Below, piece after piece: positions 48,534-58,900 of a DNA stretch of 64,000 nucleotides (position 1 is the first letter of the stretch; each line of letters opens with the position of its first letter). Origin of the DNA: Candidatus Eiseniibacteriota bacterium (GTDB lineage Bacteria; Eisenbacteria; RBG-16-71-46); the NCBI GenBank assembly GCA_963744995.1, contig CAVUWA010000001.1, positions 160,001-224,000 of the forward strand, read 5' to 3'. The notes under the pieces are model-generated. The model saw only the letters and a list, made by a program, of their open reading frames with translations. It did not search any database and was not told where the DNA came from. A program made the translations under genes and the position numbers.

Positions 48534-49504
48534 TCGACACGCCGCTCACCCGCCACGCCGGGATCCAGGTGCCGCTCGTCTGCGGAGCGATGTACCCGTG
48601 CAGCAACCCCGAGCTGGTCGCCGCCGCATCGGAGGCGGGCGGCATCGGCATCGTGCAGCCGGTCTCGCTCACGTTCGTCCACGGCTACGCCTTCCGCGCG
48701 GGGCTCAGGCGGATCCGTGCGCTGACCGCGAAGCCGATCGGCATGAACGCGCTGATCGAGAAGTCCTCGCGCGCCTACATGCGCCGCATGGAGCAATGGG
48801 TGGACATCGCGCTCGAGGAGGGCGTGCGCTTCTTCGTGACTTCGCTCGGCAACCCGCGCTGGGTCGCCGAGCGCGCGCATGCGGCGGGCGGCATCGTGTA
48901 CCACGACGTCACCGAAGCGAAGTGGGCCGCCAGGGGGGCCGAGGGCGGGGTGGACGGGCTCATCGCCGTCAACCGCCGCGCCGGCGGCCACGCGGGACCG
49001 AGGGCGGCCGGGGCGCTGCTCGAGGAACTCCGGCCGTTCGGGCTGCCGGTCGTCTGCGCGGGCGGCGTCGGCGACGCGCGGGAGTTCGCCGCCGCACTCG
49101 CCATGGGCTACGCCGGGGTGCAGATGGGCACGCGCTTCATCGCGACCACCGAGTGCACGGCGAGCGAGGCGTACAAGCGCGCCATCGTCGCCGCCGCCGA
49201 GGACGACGTCGTGCTCACCGAGCGCGTCACCGGGGTCCCGATCGCGGTGCTGAACACCCCCTACGTGAAGCGGGTGGGCACGCAGGTCAACGCGTTCGAG
49301 CGCTGGATGCTGCGCGGCCGCCGGCGCAAGCGCTGGATGCGCTCGTTCTTCGCGCTGCGCTCGGGGCTCGCGCTCAAACGCGACGCGTTCCGCACCGGCG
49401 ACGCCGCCGAGTACTGGCAGGCCGGCCGCAGCGTGGCGGCGATCCACGACGTCGTTCCCGCCGGCGACGTGGTGCGCGCCTGCGCGGCGGCGATCCGCGG
49501 CTGA
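48530..49504 (+). CDS. Nitronate monooxygenase / FabK-like flavoenzyme
   Basis: GAMYPCSNPELVAAASEAGGIG, AGGHAG, CAGGVGD, GVQMGTRFIATTEC; ATGA overlap. Confidence 0.88.
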   Translation: MIDTPLTRHAGIQVPLVCGAMYPCSNPELVAAASEAGGIGIVQPVSLTFVHGYAFRAGLRRIRALTAKPIGMNALIEKSSRAYMRRMEQWVDIALEEGVRFFVTSLGNPRWVAERAHAAGGIVYHDVTEAKWAARGAEGGVDGLIAVNRRAGGHAGPRAAGALLEELRPFGLPVVCAGGVGDAREFAAALAMGYAGVQMGTRFIATTECTASEAYKRAIVAAAEDDVVLTERVTGVPIAVLNTPYVKRVGTQVNAFERWMLRGRRRKRWMRSFFALRSGLALKRDAFRTGDAAEYWQAGRSVAAIHDVVPAGDVVRACAAAIRG

Positions 49505-49601
49505 GCCGGACCGGTTCCGGCTCGAGCCGCCCCGGGAAATTGTCCTCGATCGACCGCGCGGTGCGAAGTATCCTGAATCGGTCACGCGAGAGGAGGTCCT
49601 C

Positions 49602-50318
49602 ATGAAACGGCTTCTGTGGTTCTGCGCACTGGGCACTCTGTGGCTGACGGTCCCGGCACCGGCGCGGGCGGGCGGCTACCCCGATCCCGGAATGGGCGAC
49701 CTGCCACCCTTCATCACGGTCGTGGGAACGCATCTCGAGGGAGGCGTGCCGGTTGCCGACCCGGCCGGCGCGTTCACGGTCCACGTGCGCGATCTCGCGC
49801 AGAACCCCCTGCCGAACGTTCCGGTCACGGTCGACGTGTCGCTCGCCACCGACATCGTGCTCTGCACGATGCCCATTCCCGGACAGACGGTGGACTGCAC
49901 GGCGAAGACCGTCCTTGCGGTCACGGACGCGCAGGGCGCAGCCACGTTCACGATCGTGGGCGCGGCCCGCAACAGCGGTGCGGTCGGTGGCGTCGCCGCG
50001 CCGGGCGCCGGGCTCGACGCCATCCGCGTCCGGGTGGACGTGGGAGCGGGCCCCGTTCTGTTCGGAACCATGAGCGCCGCCGTGCTCGACCAGAACGGCG
50101 CCGTGGGCGGCAACGGGGTCAACGCGCTCGACCTCGCCTACTTCAGCGACGACCTCGCTTCGGCCGCCCTGACGGCCACGTATCGTGCCCGCTCCGACTA
50201 CAACTACGACGAGGCCAACTCGGGGGCGGATCTTGCGTCGTACCTGGACCACCTCGGCGCCGCCGTCCTCGGAACCGGGTCCGGACTGGGATGCCCGGGG
50301 GCGGCATATTGCCCCTGA
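49602..50318 (+). CDS. Secreted Ig-like/dockerin-like protein, paralog of 5021-5644
   Basis: AGGAGG RBS, signal peptide; VRDLAQNPLPNVPVTVD, TDAQGAATFTI, DQNG..VNALDL, SDYNYD..GADL. Confidence 0.7.
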   Translation: MKRLLWFCALGTLWLTVPAPARAGGYPDPGMGDLPPFITVVGTHLEGGVPVADPAGAFTVHVRDLAQNPLPNVPVTVDVSLATDIVLCTMPIPGQTVDCTAKTVLAVTDAQGAATFTIVGAARNSGAVGGVAAPGAGLDAIRVRVDVGAGPVLFGTMSAAVLDQNGAVGGNGVNALDLAYFSDDLASAALTATYRARSDYNYDEANSGADLASYLDHLGAAVLGTGSGLGCPGAAYCP

Positions 50319-50441
50319 TCGTCGCGGGCGATCGCACGCGGCGGGATCGAGGGGTTGCGGGTGCGACGGCTTCGCGGCGGCGATCCGCGGCGCCCGGGCG
50401 CGCGGCGCTTCATACGGCAGGTATCCGCTCGCCGGCGTCCT

Positions 50442-51251
50442 TCAGCCCGCTGCCGCGCGCAGCAGGCCGATCACGCCGGAGAAGTTCCGCAGCGGCCGAT
50501 CGCCGTCCCCGAACGACGCCTGGGCGCGCGCGCCGGCCTCGGCGATGTCGAGCGCGGTGCGACCGTCGCGCGAGCGGATCGCCGGGTCCGCACCGGCCTG
50601 CAGCATGAGCTGCACGAAGCGGGTGGCATCGTCGGTATAGCGCAGCTCGGCGGCGGCGTGCAGGGCGTTCGTGCCCGGGCGCGGCTCGATGGCGTTCGGG
50701 TCGGCGCCGTGGGCGAGCAGCACCTCGGCGACTTCGGCGTGTCCGACCAGGGCCGCGCAGGACAGCTCGCCGTCGTCCATGCGCGCGCCGCGCTCGAGCA
50801 GCTCCTTCGCCACCTCGACCTGGTTGCCGAACGCAGCCCAGCCGAGCGGGCTCAGCGAGGTGCTGCGGTCGTTGACCTGCTCCGGGTCCCGATCGAGCAT
50901 CGCCCGCAGGTCCTCGAGACGGCCGAGGATCGCGGCCGCGCAGATGTCGAGTTCGGCCCCCGCATCGAGCAGGGCCTTCTGCGCCCCGGGCTGCGCGTGC
51001 TCGATGGCATCGTGCAGCGCGGTGCGGCCCTCCTCGGTGCGCGCCTCGAGATCGGCGCCGTGACGGACCAGCAGCCGGATCATGCCCGCCTGCCCCTCGC
51101 GGGCCGCCACGTGCAGCGGCGTGCTGCCCGCTTCCGGGGACTCGGTCCCGGCGCGCAGCACCGTGCGCACGAGGTCGCGGTCCTTGTCGATCATCGCCCG
51201 CGCCGTGACGAGGTCGCCCCTGCGCACCGCGTCGAGAAACCGCTCGCTCAT
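50442..51251 (-). CDS. Ankyrin repeat protein
   Basis: GSTPLHVAA, GRTALHDAI, LLAHGADPN, GRTALDIA. Confidence 0.9.
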   Translation of the reverse strand: MSERFLDAVRRGDLVTARAMIDKDRDLVRTVLRAGTESPEAGSTPLHVAAREGQAGMIRLLVRHGADLEARTEEGRTALHDAIEHAQPGAQKALLDAGAELDICAAAILGRLEDLRAMLDRDPEQVNDRSTSLSPLGWAAFGNQVEVAKELLERGARMDDGELSCAALVGHAEVAEVLLAHGADPNAIEPRPGTNALHAAAELRYTDDATRFVQLMLQAGADPAIRSRDGRTALDIAEAGARAQASFGDGDRPLRNFSGVIGLLRAAAG

Positions 51252-51323
51252 TCGAAAGCCTCTCTCCCGCCCGTGTCCCGGGGCGCGGTCCGCCGCGCGC
51301 CGCGCCGCGAGGTCGGATCGCCC

Positions 51324-51959
51324 CTAGCGCAGCTCCACGCGGCCGCGCCGTGTCTCGATGGTGGCAATGATCGCCGGTTTCTGCGCTGCCTGCACGTCGA
51401 GCTCGATCGCGAGCGCCGCGAGCGCCGCGTGCACACCGTCCGGCGAAGGGTGCTCGGCCCTGAGCGCCACCAGCCGCGCCCCGGGCGGCGCGGCGGCGGC
51501 CGGATGCGGCGTCGTGCCCCAGTCGATGAGGAACGGCACGAGCCCGTCCTCGAGCACCACGTCCGGATCGGAGACCGTCCAGGCGAGCTTCGTTCCGTCC
51601 GGGGTCTCGCGCCCGCCGGCGATCGCCGCCCCGAGCCCGACTCCGGACGCCGCCGCGCGCGCGACCGCCCCCGCGACGTCGTCCGACTTCACCGCCCAGC
51701 TCGACAGCCTGGGTGGCCCGCTCGCGTCCACGCCGAGCCAGCGCGGTTTTGCGGGCGCCGGCTCCTCCGGGTCGGGCGCCAGGATCTCGAGGTAGACGCC
51801 CTTCCCGAGTCCGAGCAGCGCGTTGCGCGTGCCGCGGTCCGGATGGCGCCCGCCGGGCGTGGCGCGCACGCCCAGCTGGGCTTCGATCGCGGCAATTCCC
51901 GCGTGGAGGTCGGGCGTCGCCCAGATCAGGTGGTCGACCGCGTGCAGCGCCGGCGTCAT
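51324..51959 (-). CDS. VOC / glyoxalase-like protein
   Basis: [36 protein letters not shown]. Confidence 0.88.
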   Translation of the reverse strand: MTPALHAVDHLIWATPDLHAGIAAIEAQLGVRATPGGRHPDRGTRNALLGLGKGVYLEILAPDPEEPAPAKPRWLGVDASGPPRLSSWAVKSDDVAGAVARAAASGVGLGAAIAGGRETPDGTKLAWTVSDPDVVLEDGLVPFLIDWGTTPHPAAAAPPGARLVALRAEHPSPDGVHAALAALAIELDVQAAQKPAIIATIETRRGRVELR

Positions 51960-52516
51960 GCGCCGCCCGCGGGGGTCTTCTTCAGGCGCCCGAGGTACTG
52001 CTTGCGGAATTTCGCGACCTTGGGCGCGATCACGGCCTGGCAGTAGGGCTGGTCCGGATGATGGGCGAAGTAGTCCCGGTGGTAGTCCTCCGCCGGGTAG
52101 AACGCCTCGAACGGCACGACTTCGGTGACGATCGGCGCGTCCCAGATCCGCTCCGCGCCGAGCGCCGCAATGGTCTCCTCGGCCGCGCGCTTCTGCGCCT
52201 CGTCGTGATGGAAGATCGCCGAACGGTACTGGGTGCCGATGTCGGCGCCCTGCCGGTTGAGCGTCGTCGGGTCGTGGATCGCGAAGAACGCGCCCAGCAG
52301 GTCGCGGTACGAGATCGCCGCCGGGTCGAAGGTCACCTGCACGACCTCGGCATGCCCGGTCTTGCCCGTGCACACCTGCTCGTAGGTCGGCCGCTCGACG
52401 TGGCCGCCGGAATAGCCCGACTCGACCTTCTCCACGCCGTTCAGCTCCGTGAAGGCGGCCTCGAGGCACCAGAAGCATCCGCCGGCCAGCGTCGCCGTTT
52501 CGTGATTCGCGCTCAT
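51956..52516 (-). CDS. msrA: Peptide methionine sulfoxide reductase A
   Basis: [37 protein letters not shown]. Confidence 0.96.
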   Translation of the reverse strand: MSANHETATLAGGCFWCLEAAFTELNGVEKVESGYSGGHVERPTYEQVCTGKTGHAEVVQVTFDPAAISYRDLLGAFFAIHDPTTLNRQGADIGTQYRSAIFHHDEAQKRAAEETIAALGAERIWDAPIVTEVVPFEAFYPAEDYHRDYFAHHPDQPYCQAVIAPKVAKFRKQYLGRLKKTPAGGA

Positions 52517-52528
52517 CGCACGTCCTTT

Positions 52529-52966
52529 CTAGAGATCGAGCACCAGGCGGCAGCGGCAGTCGCCCGGGTCGAGCTTCAGTTGCATGTCGTGGAACGAAAC
52601 CGCTTTCACCTCGCGCAGCAGCGTGTGCCGGGAGGGGTCGATGCGCGGTCCCTGCAGTGCCGCTTCGATGCGGCGCGGCGTCAGTTTCTGGATCCGCACG
52701 TGCGTCCACACCACGTGGCGCAGGTCCGATTCCAGCAGCACCGAGTTCAGCCAGTGGACCAGCAGGTCCGCGGGCTCGTCACCCTCGAGCGCGATCTCGG
52801 CGCGCTCGACCGGTGGATCCTCGCCCGGATCGGCGACCTGCGCCATCAGCGCGACCGCGGCCTGCGCGTAGAGCTCGCGCGGCGTGGGCGCCCAGACCTC
52901 GAGTCCAAGATCGCCCGTGTGATCGAAGGTCGCATAGCCCTGTCGCACGGGGGCAGTGTAGAGCAT
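52529..52966 (-). CDS. Archease
   Basis: FDHTGDLG, EVKAVSFH, LVLDL C-terminus; start uncertain. Confidence 0.85.
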   Translation of the reverse strand: MLYTAPVRQGYATFDHTGDLGLEVWAPTPRELYAQAAVALMAQVADPGEDPPVERAEIALEGDEPADLLVHWLNSVLLESDLRHVVWTHVRIQKLTPRRIEAALQGPRIDPSRHTLLREVKAVSFHDMQLKLDPGDCRCRLVLDL

Positions 52967-53029
52967 CGGCCCCGGCCCCATCTACGGCGGCGGGCCCCCG
53001 GGCGTGACGGGCGGAGCCCGGGCCGGGCC

Positions 53030-53797
53030 CTAGAGCAGCTGGCGCGAGCGCAGGCTCACGACCCCGCGCGTTCCGACGATCACGTGATCGAGCACCGCGA
53101 TTCCGACCAGATCGCCGACCTGCACCAGCCGCCGCGTGATGCTCAGGTCCTCCTCGCTCGGCTCCGGGTCGCCGCTCGGATGGTTGTGCACCAGCACGAT
53201 GCTCGCCGCGGAGTGCAGGATCGCGGGCTGGAACACCTCGCGCGGGTGGACGATGGACGCGTTGAGGCTGCCGATCGACACGGTCTCGCGGCGCTGCATC
53301 TCGTGCCGCGCGTTGAGCAGCAGCGTCACGAAATGCTCCTTGCGCGCCGTGGCGAGGTCGTGCACCTGCGCCAGCACGTCTTCGGGACCGCGGATCGGCG
53401 AGCCCGCGCGCGGCCGGCATCCGGCCCGCCGGCCGAGCTCGAACGCGGCCGCGAGGGCTCCGGCGCGGGCGAGCCCGATGCCGGCGACCCGCAGCCAGCG
53501 GGCGGCCGGCCACACCGCCAGTTCGGCGGGGGCGTGGCGTGCGAGCGCGCGCCCGATTTCGAGTGCGCTCATGTCGCGGTGGCCGCCGCCCAGGACGAGC
53601 GCGATCAGCTCGCCGTCGCTGAGCGCCGACGGGCCCTCCCTGAGCAGCCGCTCGCGCGGCCGGCCCGGCACGATGGGCGGCCGGGGCGCCCTCCCGCCGC
53701 CGGCCGGTCCGGGGTCACCGTGCCCGCGGCGCGGCGCGGGACCCGGGCCGGGTGCGCCGGCCGGGGGGTCGTGTGCATCGTGGTGGCGTGCGGGCAT
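53030..53797 (-). CDS. radC: RadC (JAB domain) protein
   Basis: RPRERLL..ALSDGELIAL, GSLNASIVHPREVF, HNHPSGDPEPSEED, LDHVIV. Confidence 0.93.
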   Translation of the reverse strand: MPARHHDAHDPPAGAPGPGPAPRRGHGDPGPAGGGRAPRPPIVPGRPRERLLREGPSALSDGELIALVLGGGHRDMSALEIGRALARHAPAELAVWPAARWLRVAGIGLARAGALAAAFELGRRAGCRPRAGSPIRGPEDVLAQVHDLATARKEHFVTLLLNARHEMQRRETVSIGSLNASIVHPREVFQPAILHSAASIVLVHNHPSGDPEPSEEDLSITRRLVQVGDLVGIAVLDHVIVGTRGVVSLRSRQLL

Positions 53798-53927
53798 GCG
53801 GGCCCTCCGGCGGGCGGGTGCGGGGGGCTGGCCTGACCGGAGCGGGTTTGCGATAATCGCGGGCCGGTCGTGCGGGATCGCTGCACGCTTGGCCCACTCC
53901 TACCCGGTCGCCGCTCGGAGATTTTGC

Positions 53928-54815
53928 ATGCGTCGTGCCATCCTCCCCCTGCTCGTTCTCGCCGTCGCCACGCTCGCGCTCCCGCCCGCCCGCGCCCAGG
54001 ATTCCATGGGCTCCTCGCGGATCATCAACGGCATCGGCCTGGTGGACTACTACAGAAAGCCGACGTTCAAGCCGGGCGACTGGGTGCGCTATCACATGAC
54101 CGGACACAGCGAGCTGGGCATGAAGGACGACTACACGATCGTGCTGCTGATCGCGGGCGAGGAGGAGTTCTGGGGCGAGGACTGCTTCTGGGTCGAAACG
54201 ATCAGCGAGCGCGACGGCAAGGAGATCTCGTCGGTCGCCGCGCTCGTCTCCTACGCGGCGTTCCAGGACTCCGATGCCGTCACGGCCGCCAAGATGTACG
54301 TGCGCAAGCAGATCAACACGATGACGCAGACCGGCGAGCCGGTGCAGGACATCGTCCGGCGCCCGAGATCCACCCTGCAGGTGCGCGAGTCGGGACGGAA
54401 CAAGCTCGAGTACTACATCGACTCGCTGGGCACCGCGGACGTCGAGATCCCGCGGGGCACGTTCCACTGCCGGAAGATCCTGTTCAAGCAGGCGGCGGGT
54501 GGCTCCGCGGATTTCGCCGACAGCTCGCGCTACGACGAGGTGCGCGAGGACCGCACGATCTACCGCACCACGCAGGTCCCGATCACCAGCATCGCGGTCG
54601 AGGAGATCGAAAACACCGTGTCACGCAAGACCTGGGTCCGCGGCCAGTCGCAGGACGTACCGATGGTGATCCGCGATCGCGCGCTCGGCCGCGCCGAGGC
54701 GGTCGACTGGGGCACCGGGCGCAAGTCGCACCTCATCGCTCCGGCGCTGCAGATGCCGCTCGCCGAGCAGCGCGCCCGCGCGAAGCGCAAGGCCGGCAAA
54801 GCCGGCTCGGGCTGA
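53928..54815 (+). CDS. Hypothetical secreted protein
   Basis: GGAG RBS, signal peptide (ARA), host-like codon usage; FKPGDWVRY, VEIPRGTFHC. Confidence 0.7.
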   Translation: MRRAILPLLVLAVATLALPPARAQDSMGSSRIINGIGLVDYYRKPTFKPGDWVRYHMTGHSELGMKDDYTIVLLIAGEEEFWGEDCFWVETISERDGKEISSVAALVSYAAFQDSDAVTAAKMYVRKQINTMTQTGEPVQDIVRRPRSTLQVRESGRNKLEYYIDSLGTADVEIPRGTFHCRKILFKQAAGGSADFADSSRYDEVREDRTIYRTTQVPITSIAVEEIENTVSRKTWVRGQSQDVPMVIRDRALGRAEAVDWGTGRKSHLIAPALQMPLAEQRARAKRKAGKAGSG

Positions 54816-54866
54816 TCCCGCATCGCGCGCCGGGCGCCGGGTGCGACCCGGCGTCCCGGGCCGCGA

Positions 54867-55802
54867 TCAGGCGCGGCCGGCACTCGCCGAAGGCGCTTCG
54901 AACAGGCCCTGCGCGAAGGCCGCGGGATCGAATGGCGCCCAGTCGTCGAGCCCCTCACCGAGGCCCACGATGCTGACCGGGAGCCTCAGCTGCTCCACGA
55001 TCGCGAGCACGGCGCCGCCCCGCGCGGTGCCGTCGAGCTTGGTGAGCGCCAGGCTCGTCACCGTGGCCGCCTTCTGGAACTGGCGCGCCTGCGCGAGGCC
55101 GTTCTGCCCGAGCGTGGCGTCGAGCACCAGCAGCACGTGATGCGGCGCCCCGGGCACGACGCGGCTCGCGATGCGCGTCACCTTTTCGAGCTCGGCCATC
55201 AGGTTGTGACGGGTGTGCAGGCGTCCCGCGGTATCCACGAGCACGACGTCGCAGCCGCGCGCGCGCGCCGCGGTGAGGCCGTCGTGCACCACCGCCGCCG
55301 GATCCGAGCCGTCGGCGCCGCGCACCACCTCGACGCCGGCGCGCTCCGCCCATGCTTCGAGCTGCTCCGAGGCCGCGGCGCGAAAGGTGTCCGCGGCGAC
55401 CAGCAGCGTACGCCGGCCCTCGCGGGCGAAGTGCGCCGCCAGCTTGCCCGCAAGCGTCGTCTTGCCCACGCCGTTGACACCGACCAGCAGAGCCACCCAC
55501 GGCTTCGCCGCCCCGGGCTCGAAGCGCGCCGTCTCGCCGAGCATCTCGGTGGCGGTACGCTCCAGCGCCGCGCGCAGATCGAGGTCCGCCTCCCGCGCCA
55601 TGCGCTTCGTCGCTTCCGCGATCAGCCGGTCGGTCGCCGCAGGGCCGACGTCGGCGGCGAGCAGCGCTTCTTCGAGCGCGTCGCGCGTTTCGGAATCCAC
55701 CTTCGTCCGGCCGAGCATCGTACCGAGCCCCTGGCCGAGGCTCTCGCCGATGCGCTCGCGGGTCCGCGTGAGCCCCTTGCGGAAGCGGTCGAAAAGGCTC
55801 AT
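54867..55802 (-). CDS. ftsY: SRP receptor FtsY
   Basis: GVNGVGKTT, AADTFRAAA, DTAGRLH, DATLGQN, TKLDGTARGG. Confidence 0.96.
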   Translation of the reverse strand: MSLFDRFRKGLTRTRERIGESLGQGLGTMLGRTKVDSETRDALEEALLAADVGPAATDRLIAEATKRMAREADLDLRAALERTATEMLGETARFEPGAAKPWVALLVGVNGVGKTTLAGKLAAHFAREGRRTLLVAADTFRAAASEQLEAWAERAGVEVVRGADGSDPAAVVHDGLTAARARGCDVVLVDTAGRLHTRHNLMAELEKVTRIASRVVPGAPHHVLLVLDATLGQNGLAQARQFQKAATVTSLALTKLDGTARGGAVLAIVEQLRLPVSIVGLGEGLDDWAPFDPAAFAQGLFEAPSASAGRA

Positions 55803-55900
55803 GACGGCACCCGCCCCCGCGGCGCCGGGCGGCCATGCGAACGCCCGCCGGCGGGCGCGGGGCCGGCGGGCGCGTTCGAATTCCCGGACGCCAACGCCGT

Positions 55901-58900
55901 TCAGCTCTCGGCGGCGCCGGCGGCGGCCAGCTCCGCTTCCGTCTCCGGCGAGACGGAGTGGTCGTCGAAGCGGACGGAGACGAGCTTGGAGACGCCGAGC
56001 TCCTGCATGGTCACGCCGTAGAGGCAGTTGGCGAATTCCATCGTGCGCTTGTTGTGGGTGATCACCACGAACTGGGTGCGGTTGCTGAAGCGCCTGAGCA
56101 GGTTCAGGAACCGGTCCACGTTGGCGTCGTCGAGCGGCGCGTCGACCTCGTCGAGCAGGCAGAACGGCGAGGGCTTCACCAGGTAGATCGCGAACAGCAG
56201 CGCGATCGCGGTGAGCGCCCGTTCGCCGCCCGACATCAGGCTGATGCTCTGCAGGTGCTTGCCGCGCGGGCGCGCCGCGATCTCGATCTCGCACTCGAGC
56301 GGATCCTCGCCCACCATGCGGATCTCGGCGTCGCCGCCCTCGAACAGGGTCTTGAAGATGTCCTGGAAGTGCACCAGCACCTTCTCGAACGTCTCCTTGA
56401 ACAGCTGGCTCGCGGTGACGTTGATCTTCTCGATCGCCTCGAGCAGCTGGCCACGCGCGTTCTCGACGTCGGCGCGCTGCTGCTTGAGGAACTCGTAGCG
56501 CTCCTTCTTCTTGTCGTACTCCTCGACCGCGAGCAGGTTCACGGCGCCGAGGTCACGGAATCGCGTGCGCGCCTCCTCGAGGCGTTTGCGCGTGTCGTCC
56601 GCGTCGAAGCCTTCGGGCTTGGGTTCCGGCGTCCAGCGCTCCGGATCCATCTGGTACTCGGTCGCGAGGCGCTCGAACGTGCGGTCGAGCTCCGCCCTGG
56701 CCTGCAGCCGGTCGACCTCGATGTGGTGCAGCAGTTCGGCGAGCTCGGTCTGCTCGAAGCGCTTCTGCCGGGCGTGTTCGTCGGCGGCGTTGACGTCCTT
56801 CTTGAGCGCCTCGAGCCGCTGCTGCATGCCGACCACGCGCTCGCGCTGGGTGGCCTCCGATTCGAGCAGACCGGTGAGGCCGGACGACAGGCCCTGCACC
56901 TCGGCCTCGATCCCGGCCACGCGTTCGCGCGACTGGCGCTCCTCCTGCTGCCGGGTCTCGAGCCCGGTCTCGAGCTCGCGCCGGGTCTGCTCGGCGCGCG
57001 CCCACTGGCTCTGCCATTCGCTCTCCTCGCGCGTGAGCCGCAGCAGCGTGTCGCGCGCGCCCTGCGCGGCGCTCGCCGCTTCCTCGCGCCGCGCTTCGAG
57101 GGCATGCACCGCACCGTCGAGGTCCGCGAGCAGCGCACGCGCCGCCTCGACCTCGCGCTGATGCTCGGCCAGCTCTCCCTCCGCCTCGGCCAGCGAGCGT
57201 GCCAGCGCCTCCATCTCGGCCTCGCGCGTGGCGATCTCGACGCGCTTCTCCTCGGCCTCGCCGGAGGCCCAGGTGCGCTCGCGGGCGAGTGCTTCGCTCC
57301 GCCGCACGTGCTCTTCGAGCGCCGTGCGCCGGCGCTCGACCTCGGCTTCGGCCTCCTGTCTCTCGACCTGCATCGCCTCGCGGCGCGCCTCGAGCGCGCG
57401 CCGCTCCGTGTCGAGCCCTTCGATCTCCAGGCCGCGCTCGGCGATCTGCCCGCTCAGCTCGCGGATTTCGGTTTCGCGGTGCAGCAGCCCGCCCAGGTTC
57501 CCGGTCGAGCCGGCGCGCACACGGCCGCGTTCCCAGACCTCGCCGTCGAGGCTCACGAAGCGCAGCCCCGCCTCGGAGCGCGTCGCATGGCGCGCCGCCG
57601 CGTCGCGATCCTCGACCACCACGACCGAGCCGAGCAGGCGGTCGACCAGCGGCCGGTAACGCTCCTCGCAGCGCACGAGATCGGACGCGCGCCCGAGCAC
57701 GCCTTCGCCCGCGGGGATCTCGGCGCTCGCGCCGCCCGCGATCATGGACAGGTCCACCAGCGTCGCGCGGCCGCTCTCGATCGCGCGCAGCCGCTCGAGG
57801 CACGCATCCAGGGCGTCGCGATTCTCGACCAGCACGAACGCGGCCGCCTCGCCGAGCGAGGCTTCGAGCGCGTTCAGATAGGTGGACGGCACCTCGACCA
57901 CGTCGGCGACGACGCCCACCAGCCCGGCCGGCCGCTCCTCGGCGCTGAACAGCGCCTTCGCACCCTCGGAGACGCCGTCGAAGTTGCGCTTGAGCTCGAG
58001 CAGCGTGGCGAGCCGCGACTCCAGCCCCGCCGCGTGCTGCCGCGCGCCCGCCAGCGTTTCGCCCGTCGTCCGCAGCGCCTCGGCGACCTCGCGCAGGCGC
58101 TCGTCCACACCCGCGCGCGCGGCGCGCGCACGGTCGAGGTCTGCGGCGAGCGCGGTGTGATGCTCGGCCCCCGCGGCCGCCTGCCGCTCCAGTTCTTCGA
58201 GCTTCGTGCCCAGCTCGGCGAGCCGCGCCGCGGCCTGATCGCGGCGCTCGGCCAGCGAGCTGTGACGCTCGCGCGTGCGCTCGATCGCGCCGCGCTTCTC
58301 GGCCTCGAGCGAGAACAGGTCGAGCGAGAGCTGCTTGCGCTCCTGCGCGACGCCGCGGCGCTCGCGCAGCTCCGCCTCGACCTGGCGCAGCGCCGCCTCG
58401 GCCGCATCGGCGCCGGTGACCGCGGACTCGCGCTGCGTCTTGAGCTCGCCGAGACGCGCCTCGGATTCGCGCTCGCGCTCACCGACCTCGACGAGCCGTT
58501 CGCGCATGCGCACCGCCTCTGCGGCATTTTCGTCGGCGCGGCGCGTGAGCCCGGCAGCGCGCTCCCTGAGCAGCACGACCTGATGCTCGGCCTGGGTGCG
58601 CGCCTCCTCGCGGTCGCGCAGCCCGCCCATCGCGGTCGACAGCTCGCGCTCGAGCTCCAGCAGCGCCAGCTTCTGATCGTTGAGCTTCGCTTCGGCGGCG
58701 TTGAGCTCGGCCGTCACGCCCTCGCGGCGCACCGCCTCCTCCTGCCACTGCTCCTTCGACTCGCGCTCCTTCGCGCGCAGCGCTTCGACACGGTCGGCGG
58801 TCAGGTGCAGGTCCATGACCTTGATCTCGTCGCGCAGGCGCTTGAAGCGGCGCGCCTTGCCCACCTGGCGCGCCAGCGAGCGCAGCTCGCGCTCGATCTC

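Noticed and set aside
53030..53797. radC as a marker or target of a mobile element
   Set aside because: Full-length, uninterrupted and in housekeeping context
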